From a virus (Duplodnaviria; Caudoviricetes), in IMG/VR virus record IMGVR_UViG_3300005645_000004, positions 1-30,079 of that record: a stretch of DNA of 30,079 nt; one strand, 5' to 3'. Shown in pieces: positions 18,801 to 26,678 of this stretch (the first letter of the stretch is position 1; each line of letters opens with the position of its first letter). The position numbers and the translations under genes are program-made. The notes beneath the pieces are model-generated. The model did not search any database and was not told where the DNA came from. It saw only the letters and a program-made list of their open reading frames with translations.

Positions 18801-21800
18801 CTTATTAAGCCAGCTAAACTTTTTACAACTATCTTTTCTGGGTTTATTAAACCTGCCGAAGTTTCTACTTTAATCTTCTCGGGATTTCCTAAGCCTGCTA
18901 TTACGCTCTCATTATTTTCTTCTGGGACGACCAAACCCGCTAATGTATCAACAAATTCCGGCGCAGTTAATCCTGCCAAATTTTTAACCTGAATTTTCTC
19001 TGGACTTGCTAATCCAGCCAAACTTTTGACTTCAATCTTTTCTGGATTTATCAATTCGGCAATGGTCTTAACTGCTATCTTTTCGGGACTTATTATCCCC
19101 GCTAAGCTCTTAATTTCAACTTTTTCTGGATTGGCTATCCCAGCTGTGGTTTTTTTCTTAGTCTCTTCGGGAGTTATCAAACCAGCCAAAGTTCTTATTT
19201 CTATCTTTTCTGGATTAGCTATTCCTGCCAGATTTTTAACTACAATCTTTTCGGGGCTAAGTAATCCTGCCAATCCCTTAACTACAATTTTTTCAGGTGC
19301 AGTTATTCCAGCCAAAGTTTCCATTTTGGTTTCTTCTGGAGTAACTAAACCTGAAATAGTCTCTTTTTTTGTCTCCTCGGGAGTAGATAAGCCTGCTAAA
19401 CTTTTCACTTCGATTTTCTCTGGATCGCTTTTGCCTGCGATGGTCTTTGCCAGCTCCCACGATAGAGTACTGCCTCCGTAGTATTTTGCTGCGTTGTCTC
19501 CAGCTTTATCCGTCCAGACAAATGCAATGCCAGTCTTGGGTTTTGAAACATTGAATCTTGCTGGATGGTAAGCCCAGAGAAGAAATGGATAAACTTGATC
19601 ATCAGAGCCAGAAGTCTTTATGGCAAGTTCTGACCACGAATCAATGTATTCCCTTAATTTAATCTGCCTGTAGCTTTCTCCAGCACATTTTCCCTCCCAG
19701 ATTACATAGATATGATCATTTTCATCTATGGAGATTGAGGGATATCTTTGAACGCAATTTTCTGTGCTTAAATCTTGAACTTCACCCCAAGAAGTTGTCC
19801 GCTTGCAGTATTTAATAAAGTCCAGAGAGGCAGTCTGGGAATGCCATATTAAATGAACGTTATTATTGCTGTCTATGGCAATGCTGGGATTGGCCTGATA
19901 CTGATTTGTTATCTGTGCAGAAACTTCTTCGATGTTCTGCCAAGAGTCCGTGTATTTTCTGTATCTGATGTGAGTCCAGCTGGATTCTTCATCGGTCGTA
20001 CCTGCCCACGCTAAATGAAGATAATTGTTTCCGTCTGTTGCTAGGGCAAATGTGTATTGGTCGTGTGATCCGTCAGTCAAATTTTCAATATCCTGCCAGC
20101 TGTCTGTATATTTTCTGTATCTGATCCGATAATGAGGATTCTGTTCCCGCCAGACCACGTGAATGTAATCGTTGCCGTCTATAGCTATGGCAACCTCCCA
20201 CTGGTCATAATTTTCGTCAGCAGTCAGGTTTTCTATTGCCTGCCAAGAATCTGTGAATTTTCTGTATCTGACCTGATAATGGCCGAAAGAATCAGCGTGC
20301 GTCCCATACCAGACAACGTGAATATAATCATTGCTGTCTACGGCAATCGCAGGGTATTTATTGTGATAATCCCCAGAAGTCAGAATGGTCTGTGTCCAGC
20401 TGTCTCCGTCGTCTTCTGATTTTTCGTAATAGATTTGATAATAATTGCTGGCGTCTTTTTTGGAATAAACAACGTGGAGATTTCCGTCCGAAGTGCGGAC
20501 TATTTTTCTGTTTCCACGATAGGTAGCATCATCGGGAACTACGCTTTCGATGGTTACTTCTTTACTGCATTTTGGATTAACTAATCCTGCTATTCCAGCC
20601 ACTGGGAAATCGGGTTCTGCCAAGCCAGCTATTATAGCCACAAATGAGAGGGAAACTGTTCCAGCTATTGTTGCCACTGGGAAATCGGGAGACGCTAACC
20701 CAGCTATCGATAATTCAACCATTGCATCGTAATACGTTCTGAATGCCATATCGTAGGCAGTAGCATCGTAATTCCACGCACCTCCCCAGTAGTATTCCAA
20801 TATCCCGTCAGAATAATTCTCGTCAGCGTAATAAACGCTGAGATTATTACTGCTGCTGGAAGGAAGATCGCTGTCTATTATAATATGGTAGGTTGTATTT
20901 GCCTGTAATTCGGGCGGTGAAGAAAATTCAAAGGCTTCCCAATGCTCTGAATCAGAAATATCATTAAAATCTTTTTTTATACTCTCAGCTATTAGATCGC
21001 CTATTTGTCCGCTGTTATCTGCCCTAATCTCTGCCCAAACTTGATAGCCCGAATAAGAACCGTTCCGTTTGACATACCATTCGACTTTAGGGCATTCGGC
21101 AGTGACAGAAGGCTTAAAGCTCTGGCCGAATTTCCCGTAATCATACGTCATCGTAAAAGAGTAACCTGTATTTGTCTGCTCCTGATCTACGCCTTCAGCA
21201 CCATAGGGAGGCGGAGCAGTAAATTCTGGAATAATCTTGCTGGCTATTGTCTCTTTCGCTGGAACTGACGGAATTGCCAATCCAGCTATGCTGGCCACAA
21301 AATGTTCTGGGGAAGATGTGCCTCCTAAGGTTTTTACTTTTTCTGGGGAAGTCAGGCCAGCTATGGCCGCAACGGGGAAATCTGGGTCAGACAGGCCAGC
21401 AAAAGTCTCAGCATCGATCTTTTCGGGGGTAGCCAGTCCTGCTATTGCTTCTGTTCCCATTGCTCCTGGAGCAATAGCAATTTGAACTCCTACTATTCCA
21501 TCAGCAACACTTGCTCCAATAGTAACATCAAGAGTTGAGCCTGCTGTTCCCATTGATTTCTTACCCCAAACTCCTGAGGCATCGCTAGTTGAAGTTCCTG
21601 ATTGTCCATCATCTTCTTTACTCCAACCTGAATCTGATACTGTAAAAGGATATCCGTCACCGCCGTCAAAAGCACCAAAACAGAGAGCCAAACAATCATT
21701 CACGGTAGTTGTTACAGCAGGAGCAACTATTGTAGCAGAATTATTTATGGCAGGAGTTCCAACCACATTTATTGGATTCCCTGCATCAACTCCTGAAATC

Positions 21801-22105
21801 CTGACATACCAAGCAACCCACTCATCTGAACCTGCCTGCGTCACCTGTTCACTTGACGGTTCTGTTCCGTCTGCTATCTTCCAAAACAATCCAATATGAG
21901 AATCTGAAGTGCCATCTCCAAAATCGCCTATAAAGTTCCAACCTGTTTTATTGTCTGTAAAGGCAGTGCTTGAAGTATCATCGTTAATGCAAATAAGTAA
22001 AAGCAAATCTCCCGCCTGCACTCCAGAGGGTTTTTGAAGTGTTATAGTCGTAGTTGGATTGGTTTCGCTCTGTTCTGTATAATTTTCTATTACTGGAACT
22101 GCCAT
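15863..22105 (-). CDS. Giant fibre/adhesin: two beta-sandwich domains, a beta-propeller and about 85 tandem repeats
   Basis: 2080 aa. N-terminal beta domain (KPSGVQAGDLLLL), second beta domain (GQSFKP...LQANTTYHIII...DMAFRTY), about six ~48-aa blades (PAIAVDSNDYIHVVW...IRYRKYTDSWQ), then xTLAGLxxPEKIEV-type repeats. Confidence 0.8.
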   Translation of the reverse strand: MAVPVIENYTEQSETNPTTTITLQKPSGVQAGDLLLLICINDDTSSTAFTDNKTGWNFIGDFGDGTSDSHIGLFWKIADGTEPSSEQVTQAGSDEWVAWYVRISGVDAGNPINVVGTPAINNSATIVAPAVTTTVNDCLALCFGAFDGGDGYPFTVSDSGWSKEDDGQSGTSTSDASGVWGKKSMGTAGSTLDVTIGASVADGIVGVQIAIAPGAMGTEAIAGLATPEKIDAETFAGLSDPDFPVAAIAGLTSPEKVKTLGGTSSPEHFVASIAGLAIPSVPAKETIASKIIPEFTAPPPYGAEGVDQEQTNTGYSFTMTYDYGKFGQSFKPSVTAECPKVEWYVKRNGSYSGYQVWAEIRADNSGQIGDLIAESIKKDFNDISDSEHWEAFEFSSPPELQANTTYHIIIDSDLPSSSSNNLSVYYADENYSDGILEYYWGGAWNYDATAYDMAFRTYYDAMVELSIAGLASPDFPVATIAGTVSLSFVAIIAGLAEPDFPVAGIAGLVNPKCSKEVTIESVVPDDATYRGNRKIVRTSDGNLHVVYSKKDASNYYQIYYEKSEDDGDSWTQTILTSGDYHNKYPAIAVDSNDYIHVVWYGTHADSFGHYQVRYRKFTDSWQAIENLTADENYDQWEVAIAIDGNDYIHVVWREQNPHYRIRYRKYTDSWQDIENLTDGSHDQYTFALATDGNNYLHLAWAGTTDEESSWTHIRYRKYTDSWQNIEEVSAQITNQYQANPSIAIDSNNNVHLIWHSQTASLDFIKYCKRTTSWGEVQDLSTENCVQRYPSISIDENDHIYVIWEGKCAGESYRQIKLREYIDSWSELAIKTSGSDDQVYPFLLWAYHPARFNVSKPKTGIAFVWTDKAGDNAAKYYGGSTLSWELAKTIAGKSDPEKIEVKSLAGLSTPEETKKETISGLVTPEETKMETLAGITAPEKIVVKGLAGLLSPEKIVVKNLAGIANPEKIEIRTLAGLITPEETKKKTTAGIANPEKVEIKSLAGIISPEKIAVKTIAELINPEKIEVKSLAGLASPEKIQVKNLAGLTAPEFVDTLAGLVVPEENNESVIAGLGNPEKIKVETSAGLINPEKIVVKSLAGLISPEKLEVKTIGGKANPEVTKRNVLAGLVIPEITKKETLSGLLMPEETKIESLAGLISPEMVETLAGISNLEKIEVSSLAGLVSPEETKKNTLSGLVTPEETKKQTSAGSASPEKIEIRSSAGLIIPEETKKGTSAGLVSAEKISVKSLAEIVSPEKITVKGLAGLVNPEAVGTLAGLVNPEKITVGGLAEIVIPEETEKETLAGLVIPEETKKGALAGLVVPEEIKENTLAGLISPETVETLAGLVFPEKIELKTLAGLSIIEFLKRRTLAGLISADKIAVKTSAGLVIPEAPSVSTLAGIAVPEETKKNTLAGLVEPETVGTIAGDASPEKIVVRTIAGLIEPEVPGIRTLGGIVAPEVTKRKTLAGLTTLETVKTLAGIATPEKIELKSLAGLSNLEKIAVQNLAGLINPEKIEVKSLAGIVIPEETHKETISGIAHPEKIELRTLAGLTIPEFVDTLAGLIIPEETYKKTLAGVVQTEKIEVKTLAGFSKPELSDKKTTAGLVEPETIGTIAGLVNPEKIVVKSLAGLISPEKIEVKGLAGQITPEETHKETLAGFSKAEWSSKKTTAGLLNPEKVEVKSLAGLVKPEKIEAKTLSGLIVPEETKKKTLAELASPEKIVVKTLAGQVNPEKIEIKNLAGIANPEKIEVKTLSGIAELEKIEVKASAGLSIPEFVDTSAGLITPEETKKFTLAGLVNPEKIEVKTLPGILNPEKIVAKTLSGLASVEKIEVKTAAGLVSPETVKTLAGLVSPETVGTLAGLVIPEEIHKNTLAGLVSPEKIEVRAVAGLATPEQTKRETLSGLISPEKIVVRTLAELVNPEKIAVKGSAGLVIPEETHKAGISGIANPEKIEVRTLSGLANPEKIAVKTLASLAIPEETHNKTLAGLAIVEKIEVRNLGGLVIPEETKKKALAGLVIPEQTKWETLAGLANVEKIVVSTLAGLVQFSPEWYYVKDQRAETEYEKDQKTETEYLKDYP
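15965..19447 (-). repeat. Coding tandem repeat array, about 85 units of 42 nt (14 aa) and 36 nt (12 aa)
   Basis: Counted by eye from the translation: about 85 units, about 11 of them 12 aa; consensus (K/E/R)TLAGL(V/I)xPE(KIEV/ETKK/TV); diverged at the DNA level. Confidence 0.92.
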
Positions 22106-22126
22106 AGTCCTTATTCACTTCTCAAA

Positions 22127-22190
22127 GAGCATTTTCTTAGAGCACCCTTCGAGAAGTGCCTAAATAATGCTCGTTACCTGTTCGAGCAGG
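22127..22190 (-). promoter_or_regulatory. Two tandem stem-loops sharing a CUCGAA loop in front of the giant fibre gene
   Basis: CCUG-CUCGAA-CAGG (22190-22177) and GAGCAUU..UUAG-GCACUU-CUCGAA-GGGUGC-U-CUAA..AAUGCUC (22172-22127), followed by UUUG, then an AAGGA site before ATG 22105. Confidence 0.5.
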
Positions 22191-22211
22191 CCGAGAAATT
22201 ATTTTTAATTC

Positions 22212-22568
22212 TTATTTAACTCCTTTTCTAATCGCTGTCTTAATTATTTGCAATGAATCTAAGGGAAATCTTTGAACCCAAACGTTGCATTTGCCGTCAA
22301 TTCTAATCTGAATGCACTCTTTTTTCTTATAATCAATTCCGCCGATTACTTTGGCTACTAATCCCCCTTGTCCTCCTGCGGTAGCTATTGCTTCGTTAAA
22401 AAAGTAATAGGCGTCGTATTTTCCCAAACTAACAGTAGGGGCATATTGAGCCTCTCCAATTCTTACCGGCAGAGTTAATTCAAGATTGGTTAAACCTTCG
22501 GGAACGTCGTCCCAAAACTTTTCTTTTTCGGTTATAGATTTCCCATCCTTAAAGTGAGATATAAACAT
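22212..22568 (-). CDS. Hypothetical protein (118 aa)
   Basis: ATG start, operon strand, beta-rich; no family recognised. Confidence 0.75.
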   Translation of the reverse strand: MFISHFKDGKSITEKEKFWDDVPEGLTNLELTLPVRIGEAQYAPTVSLGKYDAYYFFNEAIATAGGQGGLVAKVIGGIDYKKKECIQIRIDGKCNVWVQRFPLDSLQIIKTAIRKGVK

Positions 22569-22644
22569 AAGTTTTTAAGAAGAGCAATTCTCTGCGTCTT
22601 GCTTTTTATCACAAGGAACGATAATACAAGCCAGATAAGAAAAT

Positions 22645-22929
22645 TTACTCCTCTTGGTTAATTAGAGATTCCGCTTCGGCAAACTTTGACTGATTGACCA
22701 ATTCGGCAACTTTTCCTGCTTTTTCCACTGGAAGAGAAACTTCTTCCCAGCCCTCTTTATCACTGAAAATTCTGACAAATTTCTTTCCTCCTAAAACCTG
22801 CTCATTTCTCTTAGCCGCGCACTCATCGCAGACAAAAGTTGAATTGTCGTCCTGCTCGCCAACCGGAACGTCTCTCTCTACTTCCTTACCGCAGGAAGTG
22901 CATTTGATAGTGTATTTTTCTTCGGGCAT
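22645..22929 (-). CDS. Small zinc-ribbon protein (94 aa)
   Basis: Start reassigned to ATG 22929 (MPEEKYTIKCTSCGK...FVCDECAA); two CxxC pairs. Confidence 0.72.
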   Translation of the reverse strand: MPEEKYTIKCTSCGKEVERDVPVGEQDDNSTFVCDECAAKRNEQVLGGKKFVRIFSDKEGWEEVSLPVEKAGKVAELVNQSKFAEAESLINQEE

Positions 22930-22956
22930 ACGAATAGAAAAACAAAAAGGCAACTA

Positions 22957-23586
22957 CTAGGTAGTTACCCAGCCTTCTTCGGTGTCTTGGGTGCCTGATT
23001 CGGGAACTGTAGCGTAATAATTACCGGCTCCAGCTCCTGATTTGCAGTGCCTAATTCCGTGAGTTCCGGGAGTCATCGCTGTCCAGGTCGGAGTACCCTC
23101 TGAGCCTTCGTTGAACTCCCAAGTCAGAGTAGGAGCAGATCCAGTGTAAGAATATCTAATCTGAAGAATATGCTCGAAAGTATCGGAAGTCGTTACATCA
23201 TAAGGCATTTCCAGGACCATATTAAAAGTAATATGGCCGCTGGCACCGGGGGTGTTTACAGCAGTTACATAATTCGTTGTTCCTTTCAATCGGTTCGGAT
23301 TAGCGCTTCCAGCAGTAGCAGAAGCAGGTTTCCAGTTGGCACCGGGAGAAGTTGCACCGTCATTGGTGTCAACCAGACAAAGCATAGGCTTATTGCTGTT
23401 CCCAGCAGTCCCGGCAAAAATAGTCTTGGCGGTTGTTGAACCGGAAGCATCTTTAGCCGGAAAAGTTTGGGAATTATCCCAAGCTTCATACTTGGGGGCA
23501 GCACTCAAAGCCTGTGAAAACGTAATTCTGAATACGTTAGCAGTATCTACATTTCCGTATCCAGTCGCTTTGTTTGGTATTGCCAT
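22957..23586 (-). CDS. Beta-rich virion structural protein (fibre subunit or capsid decoration candidate)
   Basis: 209 aa rich in Thr/Gly/Ala/Ser, between the MCP and the giant fibre gene, preceded by a conserved-loop hairpin. Confidence 0.55.
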   Translation of the reverse strand: MAIPNKATGYGNVDTANVFRITFSQALSAAPKYEAWDNSQTFPAKDASGSTTAKTIFAGTAGNSNKPMLCLVDTNDGATSPGANWKPASATAGSANPNRLKGTTNYVTAVNTPGASGHITFNMVLEMPYDVTTSDTFEHILQIRYSYTGSAPTLTWEFNEGSEGTPTWTAMTPGTHGIRHCKSGAGAGNYYATVPESGTQDTEEGWVTT

Positions 23587-23604
23587 CTTTTTGCTTTAGA
23601 TTTT

Positions 23605-23628
23605 ACCGCCCCGACCTTAATGGGCGGT
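23605..23628 (-). promoter_or_regulatory. Conserved-loop hairpin, copy 2 (loop AUUAAGGUCG)
   Basis: ACCGCCC-ATTAAGGTCG-GGGCGGT, 18 nt upstream of ATG 23586. Confidence 0.72.
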
Positions 23629-23635
23629 TTGTTAA

Positions 23636-23902
23636 TTATTTTTCTTCTTTCGGTTTTTCAGTTTCTTTTTCTTCTTTCTCTACTTCTTCCTCTTTCGCTC
23701 CTTGTTCAAAAACTTTATTTGCGGGAACTTCAGCATACTTTCTGAGGAACTCAATTTCTTTTTTATCTTCGGTATTATACTCGCCTCTATCAAACTGAAT
23801 GTGCTTGCCGGGTAGAATACGAACCCTCCCTCTAATCAATTCTGTATCATCAGATTCCATCGTAATTCCTAATTTTTTATATGGTGTGATAAATTTAGCC
23901 AT
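23636..23902 (-). CDS. Small capsid-adjacent protein (88 aa) with a Glu/Lys-rich tail
   Basis: Start reassigned from TTG 24037 to ATG 23902 (MAKFITPYKKLG...); the upstream extension overlaps structured RNA and does not look protein-like. Confidence 0.72.
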   Translation of the reverse strand: MAKFITPYKKLGITMESDDTELIRGRVRILPGKHIQFDRGEYNTEDKKEIEFLRKYAEVPANKVFEQGAKEEEVEKEEKETEKPKEEK

Positions 23903-23934
23903 AGATTTAATTCGTAGATTACTTTTACTTGATA

Positions 23935-23963
23935 GGCTTAAGCCGACCTTTATTGCATAAGCC
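23935..23963 (-). promoter_or_regulatory. Conserved-loop hairpin, copy 3 (loop AAUAAAGGUCG)
   Basis: GGCTTA-T-GC-AATAAAGGTCG-GC-T-TAAGCC, 32 nt upstream of ATG 23902. Confidence 0.62.
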
Positions 23964-23966
23964 ATT

Positions 23967-24032
23967 TGTTCTGAATGACACTCTGGACTTGGCTTCAACA
24001 GAGTGCCTATCGAAGCCAAGCTATCCAGAACA
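23967..24032 (-). ncRNA. Candidate structured cis-RNA (pseudoknot or bistable switch) downstream of the capsid gene
   Basis: Three pairings within 66 nt: UGUUCUGGAU/AUUCAGAACA (10 bp), CUUGGCUUCGA/UUGAAGCCAAG (11 bp), GGCACUCUG/CAGAGUGUC (9 bp); each contains a G-U pair valid only on the minus strand. Confidence 0.55.
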
Positions 24033-24073
24033 TACAAGGAAAATGTTAAATTGACTTGTTTAGAGGATCAATA

Positions 24074-25264
24074 CTACTCTCCTCCAGTAACTCCTTTAAG
24101 GATTGCGGAACGTTCTTCCTGCTTCACTTCCAAACCAACTTCAGAAATATACTGGTCTTTTTGTTCATCAGCATCATTATCTTGGATATTAGTCTTTAAC
24201 ATAGTATCTCTATGCTGAAGGAATCGATAAGTTAAAGTTTCCAAATCAAGGCCAACGGCATAGCCACCATACACTGCACCTTCTAAGAGAGAATGTTTAA
24301 TCAAATTAATCTCTCCGTGAGCAGATAAATAGCGGTTAATACTAATACCATAGGTCTTATCGGTAGGAACCACTTGCAACTTACCTCTTGCCCAAAGATT
24401 GATAGCTGAAAGAACTTTAGCACTGCAGAAAAGATACTTACTGGCTGAACCGTGAGTGAACAATAGTTCTAAGAAAGTTTCAAATTCGGCTTCGGTCAAT
24501 GTAGAACCTGATTCATCCTGAACATTGGTGGTAATCCTTTCTATAATTCCACCAGTAAATCTTTGAGGATGAGCTCCAGTCGTAATTATTGCCCTTTTGC
24601 CGAATAAGAAAGCCCTCTCAATAGCAACCATATGTTCAATTCCTTTTTTCTTCCTTTGGGTAGCCAAGTCCTCGCCAGTATAAATATCAGTATTTTTTAG
24701 AGTTTCAGTGGCACCAATTGTAGTCTTAAGTATCTGGCAGTAGTTGAATTTCTCAGCTGCTAAAGTAGAATTGACGTCCCTTGCTTTTGACCCTTCCAAC
24801 GAGGCAGAGCCAACAATAACAAGGGGGTCATCATCTACCAAAGCGGCTGTGCCAGTGCCGTCAATTCCCCTAACAACCGTAAGAGTTTCGGTGTCGGTAG
24901 CCACATTGGTTACTAACATTCTCTCAGCGGTCCGGGGAACCAAAACGACATCGTGCTTAGTGAAATAAGCAGAATTATCAACTACAATATCGGTAATACC
25001 TGCCTCATAACCAGCCACGCAATTGATAGCATCCCAAACTTCGCCATACTTATCTTCCCACCAGGTAAATTTAGGATTGATCGCAGCTTTCTTTTTTATT
25101 GGTCCGCCAATCTTATTTCCCAAATAGTCCTTACCAGAATTGGTAAGTAAAGCTAACAAAGGATAACGATTAACATCCAATAAAGCTAATTGAGAAGCTA
25201 CATCAACCCTTAACATTCCAGCAGGAATGTTTCCGCTTCCTCTAATTCCAACAATTTGTCCCAT
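24074..25264 (-). CDS. Major capsid protein (SU10 MCP / DUF5309-like, HK97 fold)
   Basis: 396 aa after the scaffold; PKFTWWED, GSASLEGS, FNYCQILKTTIGATET, EHMVAIERAFLFG, RFTGGI and YISEVGLEV motifs, with an inserted beta domain (TLTVVRGIDGT). Confidence 0.85.
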   Translation of the reverse strand: MGQIVGIRGSGNIPAGMLRVDVASQLALLDVNRYPLLALLTNSGKDYLGNKIGGPIKKKAAINPKFTWWEDKYGEVWDAINCVAGYEAGITDIVVDNSAYFTKHDVVLVPRTAERMLVTNVATDTETLTVVRGIDGTGTAALVDDDPLVIVGSASLEGSKARDVNSTLAAEKFNYCQILKTTIGATETLKNTDIYTGEDLATQRKKKGIEHMVAIERAFLFGKRAIITTGAHPQRFTGGIIERITTNVQDESGSTLTEAEFETFLELLFTHGSASKYLFCSAKVLSAINLWARGKLQVVPTDKTYGISINRYLSAHGEINLIKHSLLEGAVYGGYAVGLDLETLTYRFLQHRDTMLKTNIQDNDADEQKDQYISEVGLEVKQEERSAILKGVTGGE

Positions 25265-25327
25265 TTTAATTTTCTTCTATTTGTCCTGATTGACCAGTCA
25301 GGATATTACTATTTTCGAAATTTTAGA

Positions 25328-26047
25328 TTAGAGACCTCGAAGTTCAGAGGTTGATTGAGAAGTTTCAAGGCTTCTTTTAATCTTCTCGGCTTCGGTCTCT
25401 GTCGGGGTGGTCGAAGCAGACCCTTTTGCTCCTTCCACAAAAGGCTCTTTCTCTTTTCCTGCCTTCACTTTTTCCATAAAACCATTGACTCTCTCGCAGG
25501 CCTCTTCAATTGGAACGCCTGCGCCGTCCATCACGTCAGCCACCATTCGTTTATAAGACTTGGAGGTTTTAAGAAGTGGGTATTTTCCTGAGGCAGAATC
25601 AATAAGCCCTTTGGCTCTTTTTTTATCTTCTGCCCTTTCTTTTTCCCGCTTCTCTACTTGTTCCAAGGCTTTGGCGGTGGCCCTCTTCTCGACTTCCGTA
25701 AGAATTTCCTGAGGAGTTTTTTGAGAATAATCCTCTTCGGGCTTTTCCGGCCCGGAGTATTCTTCCTCCTCCTCTTCTTTTTCTATGGATTCTATTTTCT
25801 CTCTTAACTCTTCCATTTCTTGTTTGAACCTTCTTGCTTCGTCTGAAGAGCCGCTATATTTCTTATTCACCTCTTCTAATTGTTTTTTCGTCTCATCTAA
25901 GTCTTTCTTCAGGCTCTCCAAATTCTCTTTTTCCCCTGAAGCACCCGAGGGAAGAGTGGTTTGACCAGTGCCTTCTGGTTGGGATCCTTCCCCCACTTTT
26001 CCTTGGGGATTTAATTCCTCTTCGGGAGTGTTGTTAGGATTTTCCAT
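25328..26047 (-). CDS. Capsid scaffolding protein
   Basis: 239 aa, acidic, disordered N-terminus plus coiled coil (KKYSGSSDEARR), directly upstream of the MCP. Confidence 0.72.
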   Translation of the reverse strand: MENPNNTPEEELNPQGKVGEGSQPEGTGQTTLPSGASGEKENLESLKKDLDETKKQLEEVNKKYSGSSDEARRFKQEMEELREKIESIEKEEEEEEYSGPEKPEEDYSQKTPQEILTEVEKRATAKALEQVEKREKERAEDKKRAKGLIDSASGKYPLLKTSKSYKRMVADVMDGAGVPIEEACERVNGFMEKVKAGKEKEPFVEGAKGSASTTPTETEAEKIKRSLETSQSTSELRGL

Positions 26048-26060
26048 AAAATTTTATTCC

Positions 26061-26097
26061 TTTTAGGGATTTACCAATGCGGTAAATTTGCCTAAAA
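26061..26097 (-). promoter_or_regulatory. Stem-loop abutting the scaffold ribosome-binding site
   Basis: UUUUAGG..AUUUACC-GCAUU-GGUAAAU..CCUAAAA running directly into GGAAUAAAAUUUUAUG (ATG 26047). Confidence 0.45.
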
Positions 26098-26137
26098 AGA
26101 TAGTTTTTTAATCTATTTAATTGACCTTAAACCCTTA

Positions 26138-26347
26138 TTATTTTCTTAATTGCTTAATAACAGCCTTCTGTCTTCTGCCTTTTTTAGTTGTTCCCATCAT
26201 ACTGGCCTTGCAGACTGCGACAGCCGCTGATTTCTTATCTTGGTCAGGATTTCTCGGCTTAAAATTAGGATTAGCCATTAAATCAGCCACGCATTTTTCC
26301 ATTTTCTTTGTTATGGCCGGAGTTTCCCCCGGAATGTTATAAGGCAT
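26138..26347 (-). CDS. Small basic phage protein (69 aa) with a CV...AVAVC motif
   Basis: MPYNIPG...KMEKCVADLM...KSAAVAVCKAS with a basic C-terminus; operon strand. Confidence 0.65.
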   Translation of the reverse strand: MPYNIPGETPAITKKMEKCVADLMANPNFKPRNPDQDKKSAAVAVCKASMMGTTKKGRRQKAVIKQLRK

Positions 26348-26361
26348 ACTAATATAAATTT

Positions 26362-26664
26362 TTAAGCGCTGACCTCTACGCCAAGCCCGCGTCTGGTACT
26401 TTTGATTTCACCTTTTTGAATCTTTCCTAAAACCTCTATTAAATCGCCGACCGCTTTTTCAAAATTTATTGTCTTTTCTTGTTTATCTAAATCGAGGCTT
26501 CCCATATACGCGCTTCTGGCGGCCGAAACCGCGTCTTCCACCGCGTCCCATTTTTTATATTTATCTTCTCTCTCCTGTCTTTTTTTAAATTTAGCCAGAA
26601 CGACGTTCTCGCCTCTTAATTGGGAAGAAATAACTTCGTTGACTTGTTGTGTTTTCGCTGGCAT
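26362..26664 (-). CDS. Hypothetical helical protein (100 aa)
   Basis: ATG start preceded by a conserved-loop hairpin; operon strand. Confidence 0.7.
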   Translation of the reverse strand: MPAKTQQVNEVISSQLRGENVVLAKFKKRQEREDKYKKWDAVEDAVSAARSAYMGSLDLDKQEKTINFEKAVGDLIEVLGKIQKGEIKSTRRGLGVEVSA

Positions 26665-26678
26665 AGAAATAATTTTTT

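Noticed and set aside
15965-19447. Repeat array as CRISPR or DGR template/variable repeats
   Set aside because: Units are in-frame, conserved at protein rather than DNA level, with no constant repeat plus unique spacers and no cas or RT gene.
16257-19481. Long plus-strand ORFs (370, 459 and 151 aa) opposite the fibre repeats
   Set aside because: Antisense mirrors of the repetitive coding strand; no independent signals.
23636-24076. Capsid read-through fusion to the 88-aa gene (the spacer is in frame and stop-free after TAG-TAT-TGA)
   Set aside because: Needs suppression of two different stops in three codons; the spacer translation is not protein-like and is explained by RNA structure. Peptides spanning the junction would revive it.
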